Assembly: GCA_963676565.1 (NCBI GenBank)
Contig: OY781089.1
Coordinates: 2,752,001-2,816,000 of the forward strand
Origin: Halarcobacter sp.
GTDB taxonomy: Bacteria > Campylobacterota > Campylobacteria > Campylobacterales > Arcobacteraceae
Reading direction: 5' to 3'
DNA: 64,000 bases
The notes beneath the pieces were generated by a model that saw only the letters and a program-made list of their open reading frames with translations, was not told where the DNA came from and ran no database searches. Positions within the stretch are counted from its first letter, which is position 1, and each line of letters starts with the position of its first letter. This document shows positions 18,062 to 28,229 of the stretch, one piece after another. The translations under genes were made by a program, and so were the position numbers.

Positions 18062-18565
18062 TTAGAATTTGTAAACTAGTCCAAATGAAGCACTATTTAT
18101 ATGAATGTCTTCATTTTTTCCATCTAATTTATATTCTAAATCATAACCTTTATAACCAAATTGTAAATCATAAGATGTAGAAAGTGAGTAATTAACTAAA
18201 AGACCATAATTAATCCCGCCAGCACTTACATCTTTGTTAGAACTATTTTTAAGTCCTGTTCCCATTCCAGTTAAGCCAATAACACCATATAAAGTTGTAT
18301 TAGAAAATATCTCTTTCCCTAATTTTGCATTAAAAGAAATTGCATCACCTGTATCATTAGAACCATCTGCACTAGTAACATTTACACCTAATGCAAATTT
18401 ACACTCCTCTCCCCATTCATATGAATAACCAACATTTACTCCAAAGTCTGAATTTATATCACCTGAATATGTATCAATTCCAACATTTAACTGATGTCCT
18501 GAAGTTTGGGCATTTAATAAGTTTATAAATAACCCAACTGATAATATTGTTATTTTTATTTTCAT
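18062..18565 (-). CDS. Small outer membrane beta-barrel protein
   Basis: Signal peptide, amphipathic strands, C-terminal GLVYKF. Confidence 0.75.
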   Translation of the reverse strand: MKIKITILSVGLFINLLNAQTSGHQLNVGIDTYSGDINSDFGVNVGYSYEWGEECKFALGVNVTSADGSNDTGDAISFNAKLGKEIFSNTTLYGVIGLTGMGTGLKNSSNKDVSAGGINYGLLVNYSLSTSYDLQFGYKGYDLEYKLDGKNEDIHINSASFGLVYKF

Positions 18566-18643
18566 TGTTTCTCCTTTATTTTTAAAATTATATAGATAAA
18601 ATAGATTTAATACTTTTCCATTTTTGCTAACTAGGAGAATTTA

Positions 18644-19489
18644 ATGGATTACTATAATAGTTCAATAAAAAAAGCTATTAAATATATAGAAGAAAATCTA
18701 AATGAACAACTTGATTTAAATAATATCTCAAAAGCAGCTTCATATAGCCCATACCATTTTTCAAGAGTTTTCAAACAAGCAACAGGGGAGAACATAAACA
18801 ATATGATAAAAAGACTTCGTCTTGCGCAAAGTACTCATGAACTACTTTTTCAAAACTCTTCAATTACAGAAATTGGACTAAATATTGGTTATGAAACACC
18901 AAGTAGTTTTAACAAAGCTTTTAAAAAACTATTTAATATGAGTCCTAGAGAATATAAAAAACAAACAGAAGAAAACCTAAAAAACCATTTTCAAGAACTA
19001 AAAATAAAACCTGAAATTATAGATATAAAAGAAGATATCTATACTTTATTTTATAGGTCATTAGGGGAATACAATGATGCCGCAATTGAAGCTTGGAATA
19101 AATTAATTTCAAAAGAAGAACATTTAAAAGAGATAAATTATGAATTTTTAGGGAAAAGATATTTTGGTCTTTGCTATGATAATCCTAACATTACAGAATA
19201 TGACTATATGAGATATGAAGCTTGTGTCTTATTAGACAATGAAGAGTTACCTAAGATTTATACAAAATACATAAGGGTTTTACCTAAAGGGAAATATGCA
19301 GTTTTAAAATATACTGGTGGATATGATGAACTTTACGATATTTGGTTTCAGTTTTATGGATGGATTTATAATCAAAACTTGCAATTATCAAACTTCCCTC
19401 CCATAGAAGAATATCTTGATAATCCAGAGGATATATTAAATGGAATTATCAAATATAATACAACTAATTTGATGTTGAAACTAGATTAA
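18644..19489 (+). CDS. AraC family regulator with GyrI-like effector domain
   Basis: SPYHFSRVFK and GYETPSSFNKAFKK HTH motifs; C-terminal DNPNIT...RYEAC. Confidence 0.9.
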   Translation: MDYYNSSIKKAIKYIEENLNEQLDLNNISKAASYSPYHFSRVFKQATGENINNMIKRLRLAQSTHELLFQNSSITEIGLNIGYETPSSFNKAFKKLFNMSPREYKKQTEENLKNHFQELKIKPEIIDIKEDIYTLFYRSLGEYNDAAIEAWNKLISKEEHLKEINYEFLGKRYFGLCYDNPNITEYDYMRYEACVLLDNEELPKIYTKYIRVLPKGKYAVLKYTGGYDELYDIWFQFYGWIYNQNLQLSNFPPIEEYLDNPEDILNGIIKYNTTNLMLKLD

Positions 19490-19515
19490 AAGATTCAAGT
19501 AGATAAAATCATTCC

Positions 19516-20010
19516 ATGAATAAAAAAATAAAAAAATATATAAAAGAGATTGTTAAATACTCAATCATTTTAATTATTGTATTAAATGTAGTAAGCTTTT
19601 ATAAATCACAAGATTTAAATAAAGAAGATTTTCCATACAAAACCTTTGAACTAATTGATGGTTCAAGCTATTCTTTAGATGAAAATAAACCTTTATTAAT
19701 TTATTTTTGGGCTACGTGGTGTCCTATTTGTAAGTTTCAATCACCAAATATTGAAGAACTTTCAAAAGAATATCAAGTAATAACATTTGCTAGTCAATCT
19801 GGTTCAAAAAAGGAAATTGAAGATTATCTAAAAAAACATGAATTAACTTTTAAAGTCGTTGATGATATTTACAATGACTTTGCGTATAGATTTAACATAA
19901 AAGCATATCCTACAACTCTGATTTATGATAAAGATGGCAATCTAAAATTTAGTGATGTGGGATTTACATCAAGTTTTAGCTTGAAATTAAAGTTGTGGTG
20001 GAGTAAATAA
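19516..20010 (+). CDS. Membrane-anchored TlpA-like thiol-disulfide oxidoreductase
   Basis: FWATWCPIC, AYPTT. Confidence 0.88.
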   Translation: MNKKIKKYIKEIVKYSIILIIVLNVVSFYKSQDLNKEDFPYKTFELIDGSSYSLDENKPLLIYFWATWCPICKFQSPNIEELSKEYQVITFASQSGSKKEIEDYLKKHELTFKVVDDIYNDFAYRFNIKAYPTTLIYDKDGNLKFSDVGFTSSFSLKLKLWWSK

Positions 20011-20088
20011 AAATTTATTTATACTTAATAAAACTTTTTAAATACTAATTTTTTTATCTATTTTAACTTGTTATGTTAAAACTACAAA

Positions 20089-21765
20089 ATGAAAAATAAC
20101 ACAATAAAAAATATAAATACAATTGATGAACTAGCAAAATTTGCTGATTATTCTTTTTTAAATACACTTGTTTGTGATCCATTGGCAAATAAAGATGGAC
20201 AAAACCATAATCCAAGAGAAGTTTTTAATGGACACTATGTGCCAGTAACTCCAACAGCTATAAAAAACCCAATATATATTACTCACAGTAAAACTTTTTT
20301 TAAAGAATTAGGATTAGATGATTCTTTAGCAAAAGATGAAGAGTTTATTAAAATGTTTTCAGGGGACACTTCAAATATAAAAAAACCTTTAAAAAACATA
20401 GGTTGGGCAACGGGATATGCCCTATCAATTTATGGGACTGAATACTATATGCAATGCCCTTTTCAAACGGGAAATGGATATGGAGATGGTAGAGCAATTT
20501 CAATTTTAGAAGCAGTAATAAATAACAAAAGATGGGAGTTTCAACTAAAAGGAGCAGGAAGAACACCCTATTGTAGAGGAGCAGATGGACGTGCAGTTTT
20601 AAGATCAAGCATTAGAGAATTTTTAGCACAAGAACATATGTTTGCCCTTGGTGTTCCAACATCAAGGTCACTAAGCTTATACACTTCAAAAACTGAAACT
20701 GTAACTAGACCTTGGTTTAACGAAAACTCTTATTCAAGGGATCCTGAACGAATGATTGAAGAGAATGTTGCAATATCCACAAGAGTTGCTCCATCATTTA
20801 TAAGAGTTGGTCAATTTGAACTATTTGGAAGACGAGCAAGAAAAAAAGAGCATCCAAAAGCATTAGAAGAGCTTGAGCAACTAGTTCTTCATACAATAAA
20901 AAGGGAATATCAAGATGAAATAGAAGAAAACTCTAGTATTGAAGAAAAAGTAATATTATTAGCCCTAAAATTTAGAGAACGACTTACTTCATTAGTTGCT
21001 AATTGGATAAGAGTTGGATATTGTCAAGGTAATTTCAACAGCGATAACACTTCTGTTGGAGGATTTACTTTAGATTTTGGACCCTTTGGATTTATAGATA
21101 TCTTTGACCCTGAATATCAACCTTGGACAGGTGGAGGATTGCACTTTTCATTCTTTAATCAAACAGAAGCTGCTAGAAAAAACTTTAATAGTTTTTGTAG
21201 TGCTTTAATGCCACTACTTGAGACAAATCAAAATGCTTTGGAAAACCTTGCAGGCATTAGAAGTGGTTTTGCAAAAGAGATGAATGAAAAAATGGAAAAG
21301 ATGTGGGCTTCAAAATTAGGCTTAGAAAAATATGATGACAAACTGTTTAATGAACTAATGCACCTAATGTTAAAAAGTGAAGCTGACTATACAATACTTT
21401 TCCGTGAACTTTCATCAATTCCAAAAGATGTTTCAGATCTTGAAATTAGTTTTTATAGAAAAATAAATGATAAAGATTTACAAAATAGATGGAACAAATG
21501 GTTAGAAAATTGGAAAAGTAAACTTAGTGTTTCAAGTGAAGAATTAAAAACTATAAACCCTAAATATAGCCTAAAGGAGTGGTTTTTGGTTGAGGCTTAT
21601 GAAAAGGCAAATGATGGGGACTATAGTTTAATTCTTGAATTACAAGAAGTGATGACTAATCCTTACCTAGAACAATCAAAACAAATAGAAGAAAAATATT
21701 ATGTAAAAAAACCAATTAACTATTTTGGCGTAGCAGGTATTTCTCATATTACATGTTCATCATAA
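20089..21765 (+). CDS. selO: Protein adenylyltransferase SelO/YdiU
   Basis: [43 protein letters not shown]-terminal CSS. Confidence 0.92.
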   Translation: MKNNTIKNINTIDELAKFADYSFLNTLVCDPLANKDGQNHNPREVFNGHYVPVTPTAIKNPIYITHSKTFFKELGLDDSLAKDEEFIKMFSGDTSNIKKPLKNIGWATGYALSIYGTEYYMQCPFQTGNGYGDGRAISILEAVINNKRWEFQLKGAGRTPYCRGADGRAVLRSSIREFLAQEHMFALGVPTSRSLSLYTSKTETVTRPWFNENSYSRDPERMIEENVAISTRVAPSFIRVGQFELFGRRARKKEHPKALEELEQLVLHTIKREYQDEIEENSSIEEKVILLALKFRERLTSLVANWIRVGYCQGNFNSDNTSVGGFTLDFGPFGFIDIFDPEYQPWTGGGLHFSFFNQTEAARKNFNSFCSALMPLLETNQNALENLAGIRSGFAKEMNEKMEKMWASKLGLEKYDDKLFNELMHLMLKSEADYTILFRELSSIPKDVSDLEISFYRKINDKDLQNRWNKWLENWKSKLSVSSEELKTINPKYSLKEWFLVEAYEKANDGDYSLILELQEVMTNPYLEQSKQIEEKYYVKKPINYFGVAGISHITCSS

Positions 21766-21792
21766 AAAAAGTCAAAAAAAGACTTTTTTTAT
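21762..21792 (+). terminator. Terminator after selO
   Basis: ataaaaaaagtc / gactttttttat. Confidence 0.55.
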
Positions 21793-21859
21793 AGTTTTCA
21801 CTACTTTATAGCCACTTTTTTGTTGTATTATTTTACGGAAAAACATATAGGAAAAAATT

Positions 21860-22075
21860 ATGATTGGAAGTAAATATAAAGCAACAACACAAGATAACAA
21901 TGTTGTAGTAAAATTTAGTGATAAGGTAATTTCTTACGAGGTTGATAGTAAAGAAATGGCATCAAAAGTTTCTAAGTTATTTAATGAAATAGGTGTATTA
22001 GAACTATCAGAAATCTGGGATACAATTTTCAAAGCTATAAATCAATATAAAAAACAAATCAATAGCGCATTTTAA
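21860..22075 (+). CDS. Small hypothetical protein
   Basis: 71-aa ORF with SD AGGA. Confidence 0.6.
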   Translation: MIGSKYKATTQDNNVVVKFSDKVISYEVDSKEMASKVSKLFNEIGVLELSEIWDTIFKAINQYKKQINSAF

Positions 22076-22464
22076 AGATCACCAAAACTAGCAAAGGCAC
22101 TTTCTATACTTGGAATTGTTTTATAACTAGTTTTTGTGAGCCTTACATTTTTCGTATTTAAATTGCATATGGCAATCTTAAAGTTTGCGCCCATATGTGG
22201 TTCAACAACGCAGATAATCTTATCATCAATTTGCCTTGTTGCATGAATAATGCCTTGCAAAGAATTGAAAAAATACTTTGGATAAGTTAAAGGTGTTATT
22301 TCAACAATATCAATAGTTTCTTCATTTTCTAATGTTTGTACTATATCCATAGCATCTTCATAACTATCAAATTGGATACACCAATCATCAAAGTTTTTAT
22401 TAAAGTGTACCATGTCCTCATCTAAAAAGCCACCAGCTAATGATTGTAATGCATATATCGACAA
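22072..22464 (-). CDS. Hypothetical protein
   Basis: 130-aa ORF, TTG start with SD AGGGG. Confidence 0.7.
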   Translation of the reverse strand: MSIYALQSLAGGFLDEDMVHFNKNFDDWCIQFDSYEDAMDIVQTLENEETIDIVEITPLTYPKYFFNSLQGIIHATRQIDDKIICVVEPHMGANFKIAICNLNTKNVRLTKTSYKTIPSIESAFASFGDL

Positions 22465-22573
22465 ACAATCCCCTTTTTTATAAAAAATTTTCCAAGAGAT
22501 AATTTTAACATATTATTTTTTATCTTTTATAAAGATTACTTGTATAAACTTCTATACTAGAAAAAGGATACAT

Positions 22574-22774
22574 ATGGAAATAATGGTATATGTTATAGTA
22601 TTTTTTATAATTGGATATGCAATTACAAAAATACTAAAAGAGAATAATAAAATCATACTAGCAATTTTAGGCATAGCAATATTTTGGGGATTTTACTATC
22701 ATCCTATGTGGGGATTAGTAAGTTTAGGTGAAATGGCCATGGGATACTTTGTTGTTAGGTTTAATGAAAATTAA
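22574..22774 (+). CDS. Small membrane protein
   Basis: 66 aa, hydrophobic, SD AAGGA. Confidence 0.65.
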   Translation: MEIMVYVIVFFIIGYAITKILKENNKIILAILGIAIFWGFYYHPMWGLVSLGEMAMGYFVVRFNEN

Positions 22775-22877
22775 TCATTTTTGTTAAGATTTAAAAATGG
22801 ATATAAAAAAAACATTATAAAGTAAAAATTCCTATTAAAAAAAGATAATATTAGTTTTATTTTAAGAGGATTATAAA

Positions 22878-24497
22878 ATGTCAACAAAAAAGTTTGAAAA
22901 TATTATTAGATCAATAGAAGAAATACCCAATGAATTTAGATTTGATGGTGAGATAATTCAAAGTGAATATTTAATAGATGGCGAGATTAGAAATTGGAAA
23001 GGGGAACAACAGGATGTTTATTCCCCAATTTGTTTAAAAGAGAATGAGAATAAACAATTTAAACTAGGAACTTATCCCATGTTAACTCAAATAGAAGCAA
23101 ACCAAGCTTTAGAGTCTGCTTCAAATGCATATAATATGGGAATGGGAGAATGGCCTCAAATGAGTGTAGGTCAAAGAATTAAACATATTGAAAAATTCAC
23201 TTTTAAAATGATTGAAAAAAGAGATGAAGTTGTAAAACTTCTAATGTGGGAAATTGGAAAATCATATAAAGATTCCCAAAAAGAGTTTGATAGAACAGTT
23301 GATTATATTAAAGATACTATTGATGCTTTAAAAGAGTTAGATAGAAAAAATTCAAAACTTGAGATTAATTCAGGAATATTAGCACAAATAAAAAGATCTC
23401 CTATTGGGATTACATTGTGTATTGGGCCTTTTAATTATCCATTAAATGAAACCTTTACAACATTAATTCCTGCACTTATTATGGGGAATGTAGTAATCTT
23501 TAAACCCCCAAAATTTGGAGTACTATTACACAAACCATTACTTGAAGCTTTTAAAGACTCTTTTCCTAAAGGTGTAGTAAATACTCTTTATGGTTCAGGG
23601 GCAAAACTCTTAACACCATTAATGAAAAGTGGAAAAATTGATGTTTTAGCATTTATAGGTAGTTCAAATGTTGCAAGCCAATTAAAACATAATCACCCAA
23701 AACCAAATAGATTAAAAGCAATATTAGGTCTTGAAGCAAAAAATGCAGGAATAATAATGCCCGATGCGAATTTGGAAGTTGCAGTAAATGAATGTGTTTC
23801 AGGTAGCTTATCTTTTAATGGTCAAAGATGTACAGCTTTAAAAATATTGTTTGTGCATGAAAATATTGTTGGAAGTTTTTTAGAACAATTTAATGCAAAA
23901 ATTGATGATATCAAATGTGGATTGCCATGGGATGAAGATGTTCAAATAACACCTCTTCCTGAGTATAAAAAAACAGAATATCTAAAAGAATTAATTGATG
24001 ATGCACTTAAAAATGGAGCAAATATTGTAAATAAAAATGGTGGGACTATTAAAAATACCTTTATGTTTCCTGCTGTATTGTATCCAGTAAATAAAAATAT
24101 GAAAATTTATCATGTGGAGCAATTTGGCCCAATAGTTCCAATACTTACATACAAAGATATAAAAGAACCTCTACTTTATATGATGGAATCAAACTATGGA
24201 CAACAAGTTAGTATTTTTGGGAAAAATTCAGATGAGATTGCAAAACTAGTTGATGGCTTAGTAAATCAAGTAAGTCGTGTAAATATAAATTCTCAATGTC
24301 AAAGAGGACCAGATATTTTCCCATTCACAGGGAGAAAAGATTCAGCACAAAGTACATTATCTGTTAGTGATGCATTAAGAGCTTTTAGTATTAGATCAAT
24401 GGTTGCTATGAAAAATGACGCAGATAATAAAGAACTAGTCACATCAATACTTAGAAACCATAAATCTAATTTCTTATCAACTGATTTTATTCTTTAA
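22878..24497 (+). CDS. gapN: NADP-dependent aldehyde dehydrogenase, non-phosphorylating GAPDH-like
   Basis: GPFNYPLNE, FIGSS, GQRCTALK catalytic Cys, EQFGP, FPFTGRKDS. Confidence 0.72.
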   Translation: MSTKKFENIIRSIEEIPNEFRFDGEIIQSEYLIDGEIRNWKGEQQDVYSPICLKENENKQFKLGTYPMLTQIEANQALESASNAYNMGMGEWPQMSVGQRIKHIEKFTFKMIEKRDEVVKLLMWEIGKSYKDSQKEFDRTVDYIKDTIDALKELDRKNSKLEINSGILAQIKRSPIGITLCIGPFNYPLNETFTTLIPALIMGNVVIFKPPKFGVLLHKPLLEAFKDSFPKGVVNTLYGSGAKLLTPLMKSGKIDVLAFIGSSNVASQLKHNHPKPNRLKAILGLEAKNAGIIMPDANLEVAVNECVSGSLSFNGQRCTALKILFVHENIVGSFLEQFNAKIDDIKCGLPWDEDVQITPLPEYKKTEYLKELIDDALKNGANIVNKNGGTIKNTFMFPAVLYPVNKNMKIYHVEQFGPIVPILTYKDIKEPLLYMMESNYGQQVSIFGKNSDEIAKLVDGLVNQVSRVNINSQCQRGPDIFPFTGRKDSAQSTLSVSDALRAFSIRSMVAMKNDADNKELVTSILRNHKSNFLSTDFIL

Positions 24498-24509
24498 TAG
24501 AATTTTCAA

Positions 24510-24555
24510 ATTTAGTAGTTTTTATATTATTTATAAGATATTTAAACTACTAAAT
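24510..24555. terminator. Hairpin between convergent operons
   Basis: atttagtagttt / aaactactaaat. Confidence 0.5.
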
Positions 24556-24585
24556 ATAATTCGAACGATATTTTAGATGTTCAAT

Positions 24586-24789
24586 CTATTTTTTTAAACA
24601 ATGAAAACTTTCCTTAGTCCATCTTCTAAATAAGCAGTTATAACAAGAATTAAATTTACTAGAGGTTACTAGTTCATCTTCATCTGCATCTAAATAAAAA
24701 TTTTTACATGAGTTAGCACTTTCTTTTGCCTTTTCATAGTTTTCTCTTCCAAATTTAAATACAAATTTGTCATCTATTTTTTCAAACAT
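24586..24789 (-). CDS. Small four-Cys hypothetical protein (possible Fe-S/Zn binding)
   Basis: CKNF...DEDE...SCYNCLFRRW...FHC; starts 1 nt after the upstream stop. Confidence 0.75.
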   Translation of the reverse strand: MFEKIDDKFVFKFGRENYEKAKESANSCKNFYLDADEDELVTSSKFNSCYNCLFRRWTKESFHCLKK

Positions 24790-24790
24790 T

Positions 24791-25528
24791 TTAGTATTTC
24801 CTTAATTCTTCTGTTGTCAATAATAAATATTCATCAAGTACTTTTTTAATAAGTACAACTGATTTGTGATTAAGCATAACTCTTTTTAATTTGTCATTTA
24901 TTTTTATGTTTATATCACTATTTGCAATTTGACCATTAGGAAATTGCACCTCATCAATACTTCCATGTTCTAATAACTCTTTCACACTTATGTATTCTCT
25001 TAATACTTTTAGATTTCCTTTTACCCTTCCATCACTTCCATATAATCTCAATGCAACTCCTGCTAAAGCTCCAATAACACCTTGTCCATTGTTTTTATGT
25101 TCGCTTAAATGTAGATTTTGAATTTTAGCCATTTCATATGCTTCATCTTTTGTTAACACTTTTTGTTTAGCATCAAATCCATATTGAATTAAATTTTGAG
25201 TATCAGTAAAATCTTTTTCAAAACCTATACAAATCCCTGGCTGTGAGGTTGGTGCTGAATATTTTTCTATATATTCTATTACAAACTTTGTAATCTCTTC
25301 TTTTTCTTCATATGTCAAATATGTTGTAAAACACATTGAACTATTGTGGGAAGTATAAGGAATATCTTCATGAATGAATAACTGATGCCTTGTAATTAAA
25401 GAACACGTTTTATCATATTTCTCTTCAATATGATTTTGAATCTCTTCACTTAATTGTCCAGTTGATTTTTCATAACCTATCTCATCTGTATCATCGATAC
25501 AAATATATGTTTTATAACTACTCATCAT
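24791..25528 (-). CDS. TiaS N-terminal-domain-like (DDTD) protein of unknown function
   Basis: CIDDTD...STG, RHQL..HEDIPYTSHNSSMC, SQPGIC, GQGVIGALAG. Confidence 0.7.
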   Translation of the reverse strand: MMSSYKTYICIDDTDEIGYEKSTGQLSEEIQNHIEEKYDKTCSLITRHQLFIHEDIPYTSHNSSMCFTTYLTYEEKEEITKFVIEYIEKYSAPTSQPGICIGFEKDFTDTQNLIQYGFDAKQKVLTKDEAYEMAKIQNLHLSEHKNNGQGVIGALAGVALRLYGSDGRVKGNLKVLREYISVKELLEHGSIDEVQFPNGQIANSDINIKINDKLKRVMLNHKSVVLIKKVLDEYLLLTTEELRKY

Positions 25529-26420
25529 AACTCCTGTTTAAAAACAATTGATAAAATTCTTCTTTCTTCTTATCAAAATTATTTGGAAAATATTTAGGAT
25601 AAACTTTTGAACCTAACCAATAAGCACCCAATGTTTTAAAAAAAGATGGTGGATTATCTATCCAGTTTATTGGCTTTTGTGGTATTAAAAATACTTTTTT
25701 ATCTTTTACTGCTTTTAGATATCTATATTTATTGTTTGAAAATACATCTTTATAAAAATTTTTTTTATTTGTAATTATTACATCTGGATTTATTAAAAAT
25801 AGTTGTTCTAGATTAATTGTAATTCTCATATTTTTTAAATCATTACACTTTATTGGATTTTTTGCATTTATTAAGTTTATTGCTTCTGAATGGATAGAAT
25901 CTTCACATTCTGTTACTAAACCATCATCACTTTTTGCATAATATACATTTAGTAAATCATTATTAGGAATCTTTTTTGTTAATAGATTAATATTTGCTAA
26001 TTCTTTTTGAATATACTTAGATAAACTATTTCCCCTATCCTCTTTTCCCATAACTTTTCCCAAAGTTTTATACCCTTGGATATAACTTTCAATAGTTGTT
26101 AAATCAATTGAACAAGAATCAATTCCTACTTTTTCTAACTTATTGGCTAATTTTGAGTAATTACCTTTTGAATTCCAAAGAACAACTAAATCAACTTTTT
26201 TATTTAATAAATCTTCAACTGATTCTAGTTTTTTAAAGGGATCTACTTTATTTGATATTTTATCTGGAAACTTCAACTCATATACAGATTGAATCATCAT
26301 ATTAACTGGCCGAGACTTACCAACAACATTTTTTGCAACTTTTCCATATTCGCTACATTGTTTAATCTGTGATGAGAATAAAGAACTTAATAAAATAAAA
26401 AACAAAAATACTATTTTCAT
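25518..26420 (-). CDS. Fe/B12-type ABC transporter substrate-binding protein
   Basis: Signal peptide from 26420, ESVEDLL, NPDVII, AVKDKKVF, WIDNPPS. Confidence 0.85.
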   Translation of the reverse strand: MKIVFLFFILLSSLFSSQIKQCSEYGKVAKNVVGKSRPVNMMIQSVYELKFPDKISNKVDPFKKLESVEDLLNKKVDLVVLWNSKGNYSKLANKLEKVGIDSCSIDLTTIESYIQGYKTLGKVMGKEDRGNSLSKYIQKELANINLLTKKIPNNDLLNVYYAKSDDGLVTECEDSIHSEAINLINAKNPIKCNDLKNMRITINLEQLFLINPDVIITNKKNFYKDVFSNNKYRYLKAVKDKKVFLIPQKPINWIDNPPSFFKTLGAYWLGSKVYPKYFPNNFDKKKEEFYQLFLNRSYDE

Positions 26421-26431
26421 AAAATCTTTCC

Positions 26432-27196
26432 TTAGGCAAATTTGGGTATACAAAAGCTATGTTTATATAAATCTGTGATTTCGACATCTATTCCATATAA
26501 CTGTTTAATACTATTTTCATTTATCACTTCAGAGGTAACTCCATCATCTAAAACTTTTCCATCTTTAATAAGGATAGATTTGTTTGAGACTAAAAATGCA
26601 TGGTCAGGATAATGTGTCGATTTAATAAAGGTATACCCTTTTTGTGATAATTTTTTAATATGTTCTAAAAGTCTTAATTGATTACCATAATCTAATCCAC
26701 TAACTGGTTCATCCATAATAAATATTTTTGCTTCTTGTGCTAATGCCCTAGCAATTAAAACTAACCTTTTTTGTCCACCACTTAATTCATTATAAGCTTT
26801 TTTATAAAGATTAGATAAACCAACAACTTCTAGACTATTAAGTGCAATCTCTTTATCTTTTTTATTATAAGAAGAAAAAATACTTTGATAAGCAATCCTT
26901 CCCATCATCACAACTTCTAAAACACTAAAAGAAAAAGGTAAAAAGCTATTTTGAGGGACATATGCAATTTTTTTAGCTAAATCTTTTTGTTTATATTTAG
27001 AAACATCTTTATCTTCTAAATATATTTTTCCCGTGCTTGGAGGTAAAAGTCCTAGAATCAATTTTATCAAAGTTGTTTTTCCTGCTCCGTTTGCACCTAA
27101 TAAAGAGATAACATCACCATCTTGTATATTTAAACTAATACCATCTAATACATTTTTATTTGAATATCTATAACTAACATCACATATTTTTATCAT
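26432..27196 (-). CDS. ABC transporter ATP-binding protein (FepC/BtuD-like)
   Basis: GANGAGKTT, LSGGQ, MDEP. Confidence 0.92.
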   Translation of the reverse strand: MIKICDVSYRYSNKNVLDGISLNIQDGDVISLLGANGAGKTTLIKLILGLLPPSTGKIYLEDKDVSKYKQKDLAKKIAYVPQNSFLPFSFSVLEVVMMGRIAYQSIFSSYNKKDKEIALNSLEVVGLSNLYKKAYNELSGGQKRLVLIARALAQEAKIFIMDEPVSGLDYGNQLRLLEHIKKLSQKGYTFIKSTHYPDHAFLVSNKSILIKDGKVLDDGVTSEVINENSIKQLYGIDVEITDLYKHSFCIPKFA

Positions 27197-28209
27197 CAAC
27201 TCAATCCTTTTCTTGAATTTTTTAAAGCAATAATAAACATTGGAATTCCAACAATAGAAGTTAAAATACCTATTGGAATTTCAATACTTAAAAGTAGTCT
27301 TGAAAAATTGTCTACTAAAACTAAAAAGATTGCTCCCATTAGTGCAACAGTTGGGATTAAAACAATATTATTTGATCCAACTATCAGCCTTGCAAAATGG
27401 GGAATAATCAATCCTATCCACCCTATCATACCTCCAATTGAAACACTTAATGCACTTATTAATGTTGCACATAAAATCACTATAAATCTGATTAACTTTA
27501 TATTTACACCTAAACTTTTTGCTTCATCATCTCCAAAACTTAAGATATTTAAATATTTGGACATAATTATTAAAGAAAAAATCCCTAATAACATTGGAAT
27601 AGAATATAAGCATATTTCATTTAATTCAACAGAAGCTAAACTGCCCATAAGCCAATAAACAATTGATGGTAATTTATCATAAGGATCTGCTGTATATTTA
27701 ACTATTGAAAGTAAAGTTGAAAAGAATGATCCACTAATAATCCCACCTAAAATAAGTATTAAAGTTGAACTATTTCTTTCTTTATAAATATATGTAATAA
27801 ATATTGCAAAAACTACAGCTATTACACCAAATATAAAAGAGAAAATTTGAGTTAAAAACCAACTATTAAAAAATGCAAGTGACAATGTTGCACCAAAAGC
27901 TGAGCCTGAAAGAACACCCAAAATACCTGGTGAAACAAGTGGGTTCATAAACATTGATTGAAAAGATGCCCCTGCAACGGCGTAAGATGCACCAATTAAT
28001 ATTGCAGCTAATATTCTAGGTAATCTTATATCAAAAATTATATTTTCTAAAAGTTGGAACTTTTCTATAGCAGAAGGTTCTATTCCAAGAAAGAAGTATT
28101 TCATCACCTCCATAAACTCTGATATAGATATTTTGTAATGTCCTAAAAATAAAGAACAAATAGAAAGACTTAAAAGTATAGCTACTAATAAAAAGTAAGT
28201 TTTTTTCAT
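27196..28209 (-). CDS. FecCD/BtuC family ABC permease
   Basis: IRLPRIL, NPLVSPGILG, GWIGLIIPHFAR, EIPIG. Confidence 0.92.
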   Translation of the reverse strand: MKKTYFLLVAILLSLSICSLFLGHYKISISEFMEVMKYFFLGIEPSAIEKFQLLENIIFDIRLPRILAAILIGASYAVAGASFQSMFMNPLVSPGILGVLSGSAFGATLSLAFFNSWFLTQIFSFIFGVIAVVFAIFITYIYKERNSSTLILILGGIISGSFFSTLLSIVKYTADPYDKLPSIVYWLMGSLASVELNEICLYSIPMLLGIFSLIIMSKYLNILSFGDDEAKSLGVNIKLIRFIVILCATLISALSVSIGGMIGWIGLIIPHFARLIVGSNNIVLIPTVALMGAIFLVLVDNFSRLLLSIEIPIGILTSIVGIPMFIIALKNSRKGLS

Positions 28210-28229
28210 CTAAGTCTTCCTATTTTTAA

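Noticed and set aside
20089..21765. Selenocysteine in SelO
   Set aside because: C-terminus is encoded TGT-TCA-TCA-TAA (CSS); no in-frame TGA
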